A stretch of DNA of 20,000 nt, from contig NC_057749.1 in NCBI RefSeq assembly GCF_004010195.1, positions 8,366,057-8,386,056 on the forward strand, written 5' to 3'. The notes under the pieces are model-generated. The model was not told the origin of the DNA. It saw nothing but the letters and a program-made list of their open reading frames with translations, and searched no databases. How positions within the stretch are numbered: position 1 is the stretch's first letter; each line of letters opens with the position of its first letter. The position numbers and the translations under genes were made by a program. Below, one piece after another: positions 19,778 to 20,000 of the stretch. The DNA comes from Chiloscyllium plagiosum. Taxonomy: Eukaryota.

Positions 19778-20000
19778 CTAAAATCTGGATTAGTGGTGCT
19801 AGAAGATCACAGCAGTTCAGGCAGCATCCAAGGAGCAGCGAAATCGACGTTTCGGGCAAAAGCCCTTCATCAGGAATAAAGGCAGTGAGTCTGAAGCGTG
19901 GAGAGATAAGCTAGAGGAGGGTAGGGGTGGGGAGAAAGTAGCATAGAGTACAATAGTTCAGTGGGGAAGGAGATGAAGGTGATAGGTCAGGGAGGAGAGG
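19778..20000 (-). mobile_element. Young Penelope-like element 3' end (pLTR plus 3' UTR), continues beyond the window
   Basis: Same layout as 13586-13830: pLTR followed by G-rich GAGAGATAAG..GGTGGGGAGAAAGTAG..GTGATAGGTCAG. CpGs retained. Confidence 0.85.
19841..19877 (-). ncRNA. Minimal type I hammerhead ribozyme motif (PLE-associated, dimer type)
   Basis: Minus-strand RNA AUUC-CUGAUGA-A-GGGC UUUU GCCC-GAAAC-GUC/GAUUU: complete catalytic core, 4-bp stem II, palindromic ACGU stem III. Predicted cleavage between 19846 and 19845. Stem I is weak (one U.U mismatch). Confidence 0.7.

Overview
Eukaryotic non-coding DNA, almost certainly an intron or intergenic stretch from a cartilaginous fish. The shark-like assignment is inferred from HE1/V-SINE, HER1/CR1 and Deu-domain SINE families recognised from memory. 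No host protein-coding gene is recognisable: the ORF track consists of decayed retroelement fragments, SINE-derived frames and low-complexity or chance ORFs. Roughly 60% of the window is transposon-derived, with frequent nesting: CR1/HER1, an L2/CR1-group LINE, Rex1/Babar-like LINEs, HE1 SINEs, Deu SINEs, a second tRNA-SINE, Penelope-like elements (PLEs) and two Tigger/pogo-type MITEs. Main signals: (1) about eleven PLE terminal repeats of at least two families carry minimal, dimer-type hammerhead ribozyme motifs. One has an intact core (19841-19877, minus), one is a solo unit with a 10-bp target-site duplication, and three form inverted hairpin pairs. (2) A ~670-bp 13+15-bp minisatellite has grown inside a DNA-transposon MITE. 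(3) A CpG-rich MER44/Tigger7-like MITE sits inside a Deu SINE. (4) There is an exact 32-bp locally templated copy. (5) There is a possible recursive splice site. All family names come from recalled consensus features, not database searches.
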